Program-made: the position numbers and the translations under genes
In this document: positions 53,409-64,000 of the stretch, in pieces
How positions within the stretch are numbered: position 1 is the first letter of the stretch
Layout of the letters: every line of letters begins with the position of its first letter
NCBI GenBank assembly: GCA_050273025.1
Contig: CP158635.1
Coordinates: 1,178,001 to 1,242,000, forward strand
Length of the DNA: 64,000 nucleotides
From: Cenococcum geophilum
Lineage: Eukaryota
Reading direction: 5' to 3'
Notes under the pieces: generated by a model
What the model was told of the DNA's origin: nothing
The model's input: the letters and a program-made list of their open reading frames with translations, nothing else
Database searches by the model: none

Positions 53409-54940
53409 CTCACTAGAGAAATACCAGCTAATCTATTTTATAAGAAAACGCAACCAATCTGCAGATCTCTAGCATATAATTCGCATCTAAGGCTTTGGGG
53501 GTCAACCAGTTCAGGGCCTAAGGGTATTAGGAGTATGGGTAGACAGCAAGCTCCGGTGGAGCGCACATGCGGCGTAAGCGGCCCGTAAAGGCCAAGCACA
53601 GTTCATCGCTTTATCCAGGATTGTTAATTCTATATAGGGTCCATGCTTCCAGAGGTCACGCCTACTATATACAGCAGTCGTCCGGCCAACCATAACATAT
53701 AGATCCAGTATTTGGGCCATTGGAGAAACTAAGAAGGGCCCCCCTAAATCACTCCTTAAACTACTTCAAAAGGTCCAGATAGCCTGCCTTTAGAGTATCA
53801 CAGGCGGGTATAAGCGAACGGCCACAGCACTGCTTAAGAAGGAATCTAATATTCCCCCCCTACAGTTATATATTAAAGCCGCTACAATATAAAGGACGCA
53901 AAATAAACGCAACTCTAATATCACAAAGTACATTAAAACACGCCTAAGTAAACTATAGAGGAACCCTAGGGTGCCCTATAGGAGAACAAACCAACAACCC
54001 CAAAGTAGGGAAGAGATATTAGAGAAACAGGTAAAGAAAGCAGAAGAAAAATAGTGCCGCTTTAGGGCCTAGGCCCATATAGAGGAGGAAGGGAGACGCG
54101 TAAGAGGTTAGCAAAGACAGCAAGATAGAGAAAGGAGCCAAAGTAGAACATGTAAGAACGCCGGGAAACCATCTACCGTAATGCAATACTGGTTGGACTA
54201 ACGCTAGAGAGGCGAATAGGAGTTAAAGGTATAGAGGCTAACTCAGGCAAGACGAACCCAAGCTATAGCATAGTTAACGCCATGGGGGGTAAATACCTAA
54301 GGGCTCCGAGAAGGCCTAATAAAGGCAGAAAATATAATAGCAATACTCTTAAGAACAGGAATAATAGGACTAAAAGACTGGCTTTACTGGGTAGGTGTCC
54401 TAGTAGGTAGCCCAAGATGCGAATATAGCTGGCCAAGACAGACACCAAAACACGTAATACTGCTATGCCCCCTACGCACCAATCAAGAAACAATGCTCTC
54501 AGCAGCTGGCATAGAGAACTATAATACACTACTCTCAATATAAAAAGGCCTTAAGGCGGTCACCTAGTGGCTTATTAGTTAAAATATGCTAAATTAGTTC
54601 CGGGTTATAAGGGAAATAGTAATAAAAGGCAAGGGGGCGAGCAGCAGGTGCCCCCTAGTAACTCTATAGTAGTAGAGTAATAGTTTATAATACTAGCGCG
54701 TCCATAGGCTTATTACGGCAGCAGTGGTTCCTAAGGAGGTCAAACAGTAAGGTAGTAGAGCACCATAGGCGACTCGTAGGCGCTAAGTAGGCGAGTCCCA
54801 AAAGGCGGGGAGATGGATCACAGGGTTTTCTCATTTTTCTTAAATAGAGTTTTCTCCCCATATGTAAATAAGGAGTAGTCCGCGTGGGCCCAATAGGGAT
54901 CCGAATCGGACGTTAAGCAATAAATTATTATTATTATTAT
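53409..54940 (+). mobile_element. 5'-truncated Tad1-like LINE
   Basis: 15-bp TSD taattaagccgtaaa (53394-53408, 54941-54955). 3' aataaa plus (tta)n tail. RT C-terminal motifs LRVLGVWVDSKLRWSAH and SRLLYTAVVRPTITY. Confidence 0.92.
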
Positions 54941-57900
54941 TAATTAAGCCGTAAAAGAAACCCCTAATTTTAAAATAGAGGAAGTGTTGCTTCTATACTA
55001 GGAGCGGCTTATAGTCCCTAATGTTAATAATTTACTAATAGAACTAATCCGCGAAGCTTATTGCTAAGTCTTTATAACATACCCTAGTAAGAATAAGATC
55101 CGTTAAATTATTAACTACTACTATTATTAGCTAAGAATGGTTGCGGATATTAATTAATATATATAGAATTACGAGGACTACTAAAAAGCTATAACCCTAT
55201 AAGATAAAACCCTAAAACTACTTAAGTTACTCTTAATACTAGAGCGCCCTTAGTAGTATATCTTTATAGACTTTTATAAACTACCTATAGACCGTAACGA
55301 ATATAATATAGTTATAGTTATAGTTAGCCGCTTTAGTAAATGCCCGTTTTTAATTCCCTATTATAAAAATCTTAATGCTAAAGAGGTAGCCTAGCTATAT
55401 ATTTACTACGTTTACTAAATATATAGACTACTAGATACTATTATATCTAATTATAGGCTATAGTTTATATTAGCCTTTTAGAGTAAGTTTACTTAAATCC
55501 TAGGTATTAAGCTAAAGCTTTTTATAGCTTATTACCCCTAAATAGATAGTTAGATAGAGATTATAAATTAATACCTAAACTAGAGGCTTAGGCCCTTTAT
55601 TAACTACTTTTAGAATAACTAGTCTAAACTACTGCCTTTAATGGACTACGCCTAAGTAACCTTACCCTATAACTCTATAGGGTTTGCCCTAATTTAGCTA
55701 AAAATAGGATACTTACTCTATATAAGCTTTAACTAAAAAAGGCTAGAAGAACCCTAGACTATATAAGAAACGCTATCCTATAGTAAGGCCTAATAGTACG
55801 CTAAACACTTAGAGGAAGCCTAGCTAGTAACCTATAAGAATCTAGGAAAAGCCTAGAGATTAATAAAATAGTAGGCAAATAAACACCGTTAAGAGCCTAA
55901 TTTTACCCCTAGCGATATAGTTTGGGTTATAATAAGAAATTAAAAGACTAAACAACCTAGCTATAAGCTAGACTACTAAATAGTAGGACTATATAAGGTC
56001 CTTAAGAAGATAGGCAACTTATATAAGGTAAAGCTCCTAAATTTAATTAGGGTACACCCTATTTTCTTACTAGATAAGCTATAGAAAGCTATAAACAACC
56101 TATTACCTAAATAAAGAATAAGCCTTCTCTGCTAATTTAAGTAAACGGTAATAATAAATAGGAAGTTAATAAAATATTAGCCTATAAGATAGTATAGGGA
56201 ATATTAAAATACCGTGTTTAATAAAAGGGGCTATAACCCGGACCTAATCTAGTACCCTATATAGAACTTTATAGGCTACCCCTAAAGGCTTAAAAATTTT
56301 TTTTAACTAATACCCTAACGTACCTAGACCCCTAAAGTACCTAGATAAGTGGACGAAATGCTAGTGTAATAAAGATAATAAGTTATTAGAGGAGTATAGG
56401 GATAAGAACGCCCTTAAGCTCTAATATAGCTATCTGCCAAATTCTACTATATTCTGCTGTTTTCTATAAGTACCGTAAAATATTAAATATCTAGAAACTT
56501 TAACCGCCGGTTAAAGTTATTTAATTAGTTAAATTCTTACTAAGACTTTTAGCGGCTACTATTTTTAGCCTAGTACTTCTACTTAACCTACGGTTGCCTT
56601 TTATACTTAGTTTAGACGCACTTACATCTTCTTTTTCCTCCTTATCTTATATTTTATAATCTTACGTTTTAGAGCCTAGTGCTATCCTATTTCTAACTAA
56701 GCTTAAGAGTAGGCTTTCTTTTAAAGAGGGGGGTAATGTAACGGCGCTATTGCACGTTACCTACTAAATTCTACTATATTCTGCCGACCTATAATTGGCT
56801 TGCCCAAAGCTAGCGCCTTAGCGGCTTACCCTATATATTTATTTCTATCGGTCCTAGCGACCTCTTTTCCTTCTCCTTAGCTTAGTATCTTTGTAAAATA
56901 GCATTTTATAAGCTTTAGTTTATAGGTATTTATACAAGCTGTTACATACTACCTATAAGCAGTATTACTCTTCCGCTAACTTTGCAACGAACTGTTATAG
57001 GGCTCCGTATAAAACCTGTAACTTTTATAGAGGTTAATTTTTTATTTACTCTTTTTTAACTTACTACCTTTCTAACTCTATATATATAGGAGAAAAAAAG
57101 TAAATAATCCTAATAATCTTTAGCAGACCTTCTGCAGCCTATAAACTAATCTATAGCCGCTACTGCCTCCGCTACTACTTCCGCCGCTACTTCTACCATT
57201 GCTTCTCCCCTTATACCGCCCGTATCCATCTAGCTATAACTACCCATATTAATCTAGTCGCGACTACTAGTATTTATTTAGTCGCGACCTATTATAGTCC
57301 GCCCTATTACGAAGCCGCTAGATTATAGTTTTATTACTATTCGCCCTATTACGGAGCAGCTAGATCTTAGTTCTATAGATATCGCCTATAACTTCTGCAT
57401 GGCCCTATATTAGGTAGGTAAGCGTATTAGTATATTACAGCCTAGTAATCTACGCTTTAAAGCCTACTATAAGTACGGTAATATAAACCTCCCTCTATTA
57501 TAGCCTCTACTAAACTATCTATACGACCTTTTAGAGTCCTATAGTACTTCTACTAGGTAATTTAGGTAGCGGCTCTGTCTACATAATATAGTATTAGCTT
57601 TTACGTCCGTAAACTATACCGTTACTAACCGTAGTATAGCCTATAGTTGCCCAAATTGCTTCTAGATATATAGTAAGCTTTACTATCTATAAGGCCCGCT
57701 AAAGGCTCCTATTAACGTAGCTCCGTGGTATACGTAGCTATACTTTTACAACCCTAGTTATACTATAGATTTCTAGCTATAGTTTTATCCTAATACCTAA
57801 CTAGATACAGCTACCCTACGGTGCTTTACTGCTATGCTATCTAAGGTACGGAACCCTTTATCGCCCTCTATTAAACCGTAAAAGAACGGCTTAGGTTTAG

Positions 57901-59766
57901 CCTACAACGACTCTATTACGGATTATCTTAAACCTATAGATGCGGCTTATCTTAAAGGCTGGTACTAATTAGCGCTATAAGAACCTCCTAATAAGTAATA
58001 AGGTGGCCGTTTTTATACTAGATAAGCACGGTAATACTAGCTTCCGCGATATTATGCTTATAGAGCGTTATATACCTAATAAACCCCCGCGATACTGCCG
58101 TATTAGCTTAGTATACGCTATATATATACTGCTCCACTACGTACTACTCTTCCCCTATAGTGATACTAGCTAGTACTAGGGTCTTTAGCTATGTAACTCT
58201 AATTAAGTTTACTAGTGAAACTGTTTAACCTAGTAGGCGTATTTTCGGTTCTACCTATACGTCTATATTTACTCTAGGTTAGTTCCTTTTACCTACTACT
58301 ACCTATTTTAGCAGTATATTATAGATATATAGGCGCTATACAATTAGAATAAGCTTAATTAGATCCGCTTTTACTAAACTAACCTCTATGTGGAGCTATA
58401 TAACGGCTTTATAGATACTCTTACCCGCGTTAATCTAGACCCTAAATTATTAGGCCGCTATATAGTCTATCTATTAAGCCTTTTTAGCGGAGCCCGCTTT
58501 ATTATGTAGTGCTTTTAGGATTCTATAGCTATTGTCCGTAAATACGGCCGTCTAAGCCTATTTATTACGTTTACTACTAACCCTAAGTAGGACGAGATTA
58601 CCCGTAAGCTGCTACCTAGGTAGACCCCTATAAATAGGCCCGATTTAATTATACGCGTCTTTTACCTAAAGCTAAACTATTTCCTACACGACCTAAAACG
58701 GGTCTAGATCTTTAGCTAGTTCCACGGCTACGTTTAGACTATTAAGTACTAGAAACGGGGCCTGCCCTATTTATACCTACTGCTATTTTTATATCCGTAT
58801 AACCGCAATAAGCTACTAAACCTAGCTATTATTAACCGCTTTATATCTACGGAGCTTCCGCAGCTAGAGGATAACCTACTAGCCGTCTTACTATTTTAAC
58901 CCTATTACTATTATACGTTAGGACAGTTATCCGAAATACTGCTATTATAATAATTAGTAGTTATAGTCTGTCCGCTTACTAGGGCCTATTAGAGCTACGT
59001 TTAAAATAGATAACCGCTAAGTTATTTTATACTACCTATACCTAACTATAAAGTATTATGCGTATATAAATGTTAAGGTCTGCGCCTCTATACGGTCCGT
59101 TAAGTATATCTATAAGTATATATATAAGGGGAACAACTGTAATACTTTACGGCTTACGGATGGTAATAAGGTAAGCTAGTATTTGCAGGGCTGTTATATT
59201 GGCCCCTCTAAGGCTATCTAGTGGCTATTTAAGCTTTCTATTTATAAGGAGTTCCCCCCTATAATTTAGCTTGTGGTACACCTTCTAGGCAAGTAAGCTA
59301 TATACTTTTAGCCTAATTAGTCCGCTAATAAGATCTAGCAGCGCCTTAAGCTCTCTTACTTTATACTAACGGCCTTTTTTAAGTATAATGCGGAGTATAA
59401 GGACGGCCGTAACCGCCTATATTAAGACTTCCCTAAGCGGTATACCTTTGTTTTAAAGTAACAGAAGTGGCGTTTACGCTAGCAAGGCTTTATAATAGGC
59501 CGTATATATTACTATTATCCCGTTATAGGTAAGAGGTTCTACTTATAGCTACTACTAACGTCTAGTCCTAGCTATACCTCCTTTAAGGACCTCCGTACTA
59601 TTGTTAGTATAGTTTATTTAACCTTTTAGGCGGCCTATATGGCCCTAAGGCTACTAGAGGATAATTATAAGTAAATTAATTACTTAATGGAGACCACCGT
59701 TTTTGCTGTTAGCGCCTAGCTACGCTCCTTATTTATAACTGCTTTACTTTATAGCCTTATTACAGA

Positions 59767-61473
59767 TATTAGGAAATTGTTAATGCCTCCTAGCGGTACT
59801 GACAGGTTCCTCATAGCTCCTGTTAGGGCTGCCAGGATCTCCAGAAGACACTTACACTCGGTTTCCTATCAGGAGCCTGTCAGGAGGTCGTCCGGACCAC
59901 CCGGACCACCCGGACCATTAGGACCATTAGGACCACTAGGACAATCAGGACTATCAGGACTATTAGTACTATTAGTACTGTCAGTACTGTCAGGACAATT
60001 AGTACTATTAGGACAATTAGGACAATTAGGATAATAATAATTTTTAAAATTTTAAAATAAAGCATATTAATGCTCCAGTATTTACAGCCAGCCAATAAAT
60101 ATAAAAACTAGTTCAATTTTAAGCCCTATGCTATATACAGGATATATAATCTAAATTAATCCTTCCAGCCTACTGTCCGTCTGTTATAGGAGCTCTACGC
60201 CGCTCTAGGGAGACAATCGCTTGGGCGTCGAGCGATCAATTAAGGAGACAATGGGAAGCCAGTCGCAGAGGCTCCAAATCATCAATTGGCGGTGTTCCTG
60301 ACGATCCGCCGGCCGTGTACTGATTTCCTAACTAGGCCTAGTGCCTGCCTGCCTGCCTACCTACCTGCCTACCTGCCTGCCTGCCTGCCTGCCTGCCTAT
60401 ATATTAGTGTCTGATTTAATTCGGGGGAGGGGTCGGCCCGATTGAAGGCTCTAATTGATTCGAATCGTTCTCTATGGCCGTTCGCTGGCTGTACATTCGA
60501 ACAGTGGTCGTCTAGGGTGCCTTAATTTGATTTGGTGACGGGCCAATATTGAAGCTTTGGTTCAATTCGATCGATCGATTAATTGAATTGTTCGTGGTGT
60601 TCGCTGGCTGGTTATTTGAACGGTCGTCGTCTGGCTCTGGTAACGGTCGTCTGGTTTTAGCGATGGTTCTGGCGACGGTCGTCTGGTTTTAGTAACGGTC
60701 GTCTGGTTCTGGCGACGGTCGTCTGGTTCTGACAACGGTCCTCTGCTAGCTGCCGTTCTGGTGCCTCCCTAGGTAGGGAGGATGTAAGGAAGGAAGGAAG
60801 GGTAAAAAATAAGGTGGCTATATAGGGGGTATACTTGGCAAAGGAACGTGTAGAGGCTATCGGGAATATAGCGGGGACCCGATGCAGAGCTTCGTGTAGA
60901 GCCTCCGTACGCAGAGCTTCGCGCAGAGCCTCGTGTAGAGCCTCTGTACGTAGAGCTTCGTGTGGAGCTTTGTGCAGAGCTTCGTGCAGAGCCTCTGTAT
61001 GTAGAGCTTCGTGTAGAGCTTTGTGTAGAGCCTTGTGCAGAGCCTCTGTACGCAGAGCTTCGCGTACATAGGTGTTGCTAGGGTCGTTTGAGGGGGGGGG
61101 GCGTTCCTTTTAGGAGCGTATTAGGATGGTAGGTTCCTGTCAGGAACGCATTAGGATGGTAGGGTCCTGTTAGGAACGCATTAGGATAATAAGGTCCTGT
61201 TAGGAACGCATTAGGATAATAAGGTCCTGTCAGGAACGCATTAGGATAGTAGGGTCCTGTTAGGAACGTATTAGGATAATAGGGCCCTATTAGGGCCCTG
61301 TCAGGAACGCATTAGGATAATAGGTTCCTGTTAGGACGATTAGGACGATTAGGAAAATCAAAAGTCCTGCCAGGAGCCTGCTAGGAGCCTGTTAGGACGA
61401 CTAGGACGATTAGGAAAATTAAAATCCTGTTAGGAGGCCTTTAAGATCTTAGCACCCCAACAAAATGCTGATG
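59767..61473. mobile_element. 1.7-kb non-autonomous TIR element with 2-bp TSD, rich in internal tandem repeats
   Basis: GA TSD (59765-59766, 61474-61475). Imperfect TIR tattaggaaattgtt (RIP form of catcagg...) / aacaaaatgctgatg. Removal restores the Helitron frame IT|E.VTLWDRF. Internal 9-, 4-, 21-, 12/14- and 30-bp repeats. Confidence 0.82.
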
Positions 61474-62071
61474 GAGCTAGTTACTTTATAGGACCGCTTT
61501 AAATACTTTATCTGTAATAATCTGCCTTACTTTTTAGCCTACTAACTTAATACTCCTTTTACTGTTGCTAAGGATAATAACACCTATTTTAATTACGGCC
61601 TATATCTTATCTATTAGATATTTATAGATTAGTAAAAAACGCTTATATACTATAGCCTACCCTAGTTCTAGCACTAGTAGGGTATTATTACAGAGAGAAG
61701 TAACCTACTTTTTATAGCGAAGCTACTGCAATATAACCCTATAGAGGAAGAACGCTAGTTTACTAAGATACGCTAGCAGCTAAATACGGATTAAGCAGCG
61801 TGCTTTAATACTATTATTGCCGCTATAGATGCGGATTTATAAACGGCCCGCTTCTTTCTTTAAGGCCCTATAGGCACTAGTAAAACGTTTCTCTATTACT
61901 ACCTTTACTACTACTACCGCTTACGCCGTAATATTATTCTTTATATAGCTTTTTCTAGTATTATAGCCCTTTTATTACCTAGTAGCTATACCACCTACTC
62001 CTGTTTTTAGATACCTATTAATTTATATAAAGAGTCTACTTATAATATTTCTAAAGGCTTAAATCTGGCTA

Positions 62072-63644
62072 CGAAGGCGGCGGCAAAAAGTATTCGGACA
62101 CCGATACTTAGCGAGAAAACCCTACAAAATTTTAACTTTTTTTCGCGCCTATACTATAAAAACCCACTCTACTTCTCCACTTAGTTAATACCTAATAGAA
62201 TAGGTCCTTATACTTCTAATGTTAGAAAAGCTCAATATTTGACGTATTGTGAGTGTGGAAAGTCTGGAAGAGAGGCAGCAAAGCTCTGTAACCTTGCAAA
62301 ATCAACAGCTGCCGATATATGGAAACGATCTCTTAAAGTTAAAGAAGAGCGCCTTACTGCTAGCCTCCCACCTCCTAAAATTAAAGATCTAGTTTCTGTA
62401 AAGAAGAAGAGCGGAAGACCTTTAGTTTTATTAGTTAACGACGTTATAGAGATCTTTAAGGCTTGCATACTTAATAAGGAGAATTATAAGAAACAGCAAT
62501 ACCACGTTGCCGTAGAGGAAGGCTTTAAAGCTTATAGAAGAACGATTAAGACCTAACTTCGAGCACGAAACCTACACCAATTAAAACCTATGAAGAAGCT
62601 TGCTTTAACGGATATACAGAAGGTATAGAGATACGAGATTGCGCTCTTAAGGAAGAATTAGGGATATAAAGAGTAATTAAAGGTAATCTTTTCTGATGAG
62701 GCTGCTATCCTTATTGGAGAGCACCGTGGCCTATAAAACTACTCTTATATACTAGAAGAACGCTTTTATAAAGATGTTATTAAACGTAGGTATAATAACT
62801 ACTCAGAGGCTATATTTTGAGGGTGCTTTTTATATAATTATAAAGGGCCCTACCACGTGTATTACAAGAAAACACTAGCGCAGAAGATCTACTATAAGGA
62901 GCTTATTTAGACTCTTAATGATAAAGAAATCGAGGTTAAAGTATATATACAATTTGATAAGGAACAAGCCGAACTACGAGTACAATGGGATGTAAAAGGA
63001 AAGAAGAAACTAGGCAAATAGGCCCTTTGGGAGATGTACTGGAAGAACCATAAATAAAAGAGAAATGGGAAGTATAAAGGAGGAATTGATAATATCAGAT
63101 ATACCTACAAATGCCTTATTCCACTCCTTATTCCTTTTTATTACGAAATTAATCTCTAGATTTACGACCCAGACGAATTTGAGTGCGATATTTAACGATT
63201 CCAATTCTAGCAAGATGGCGCCCCATCCTATGCCTCTTAATAGACGACTCGAATTCTTATTAAAGAAGGTATTTAGACACTTAAGTATATTGGAAATAGC
63301 CCTAATATAAGCGCTATTAAAAGCGTATAGATGCTAATAAGGATTATAATTACAAAAGATTGGAATAGGCCTTATACAATAAAATGGAGTGATAGAGCAT
63401 AGCGGGGTAAGTAGGAGAATCTTTACTAAGATTAAATACGTGCTTGGATTTGTAGAATGGCAGCTATAAATTAGTTAGTAATTAAACACAAAGGTGAAAA
63501 TAAATTTTATGGCTAGAACTCTTATTTATATTATAATTACACTAGAGTTAGAGTTAATTTGATGCTAGAATTAATGATTTCTTAGTGGGGTTGTATTTTT
63601 TAGCTAAAGTATCGGTGTCCGAATACTTTTTGCCGCCGCCTTCG
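62072..63644 (+). mobile_element. Tc1-type DNA transposon (DD34E), RIP-mutated
   Basis: TA TSD, ~37-bp TIR cgaaggcggcggcaaaaagtattcggacaccgatact. Motifs VIFSDEA, QQDGAPS(H) and NSP(D).SAI(E), with 34 residues between the second D and E. Inserted in the Helitron helicase. Confidence 0.93.
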
Positions 63645-64000
63645 TAAGCTTTTATACTATACCTTTCTACTTATCTAAGATAAGGTACTAATGTAGTAGT
63701 ACTACTACTACTTTAAAGCCGTATACTATATGCTTACGGACGTCCATATAAGGGCGCGAAGAGACTTTAAGGAAGATTTAAAGGAATAATATAAATTCTA
63801 TCTAAATCTAAGGGTATATAGCTCTCGCTAAGAACAAGACATTACGTAAAAAAGAGAAAGGAATAACGAGAGAATTATATAATTAAATAGCTAGGGGCTT
63901 AGTGGTCAATGCGTACATATATATACACACGGTCTTTAACGGACTTTAGTAAAATTTAATTAATCTAGCCGAATTTAGTTAAAGCGTTAGAATTTATCTA

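Larger units (their letters stand above)
10657..56946 (+). mobile_element. Chromodomain Ty3/Gypsy LTR retrotransposon (family A), host of about 40 kb of nested inserts
   Basis: 210-bp LTRs 10657-10866 and 56737-56946 (TGTAAC...GTTACA), TACTA TSD, PPT aaagaggggggt before the 3' LTR. Gag zinc knuckle (~18480), protease ALI(D)TG (~18725), RT YLDDI (~52361), RNase H, integrase and chromodomain (~56150-56330). Confidence 0.95.
10490..63750 (+). mobile_element. Helitron (Rep/PIF1 helicase), RIP-mutated, split by Gypsy A, a TIR element and a Tc1; ends not resolved
   Basis: The ORF starts at ATG 10629 (MPSNRLFCT|TCK...KTCNFCR across the TACTA TSD). RIP-corrected Rep motifs at 57500-59300 (YAQLYFY.P, PLHYVLLFPYGDTGW, AIVRKYGRPSLFITFT.NPKW, IEYQKRGLPH, HINVEVCAS...KYI.KYIYKG). 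PIF1 motifs FFLQGP.GTGKTFLY (~61850) and LLIWDEVPM (~63670). Confidence 0.88.

Noticed and set aside
59777..61071. Collagen-like (GPPGPPG) and Arg/Cys-repeat ORFs
   Set aside because: Produced by 9-bp and 12/14-bp tandem repeats in a non-autonomous element.

Overview
Filamentous-ascomycete (Pezizomycotina-like) genomic DNA crossing a sharp boundary from gene-rich to repeat-rich sequence. Bases 1-~5960 are GC-balanced: the 5' part of a divergent, very intron-rich Sec61-alpha gene (- strand), an intact intronless sulfite reductase flavoprotein gene (MET10, +), and a frameshifted, 5'-truncated pseudogene. From ~5963 to the end the DNA is AT-rich, heavily RIP-mutated (CAR/TGG codons turned into TAA/TAG) and made almost entirely of nested transposons, most resolved to the base by TSDs. 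These are an old Gypsy RT/RNaseH relic carrying a Fot1/pogo element and a 1.4-kb non-autonomous element, and a Helitron carrying a chromodomain Gypsy (10657-56946), a 1.7-kb TIR element and a Tc1. Inside that Gypsy lie two copies of a second chromo-Gypsy and a Tad1-like LINE. Inside the second copy lie a complete Ngaro tyrosine-recombinase retrotransposon and the most interesting object: a ~21-kb DNA transposon (25088-46116; CGTCAGGAAAACGGG TIRs, 2-bp CA TSD). It encodes a Plavaka-type transposase plus cargo: two SNF2-family ATPase genes each preceded by a 147-148-bp tandem array, a DUF6532-like gene and two unknown genes. Non-autonomous relatives of this element are in the same window. All protein calls in the RIP region come from manual, RIP-corrected motif reading, not database searches.
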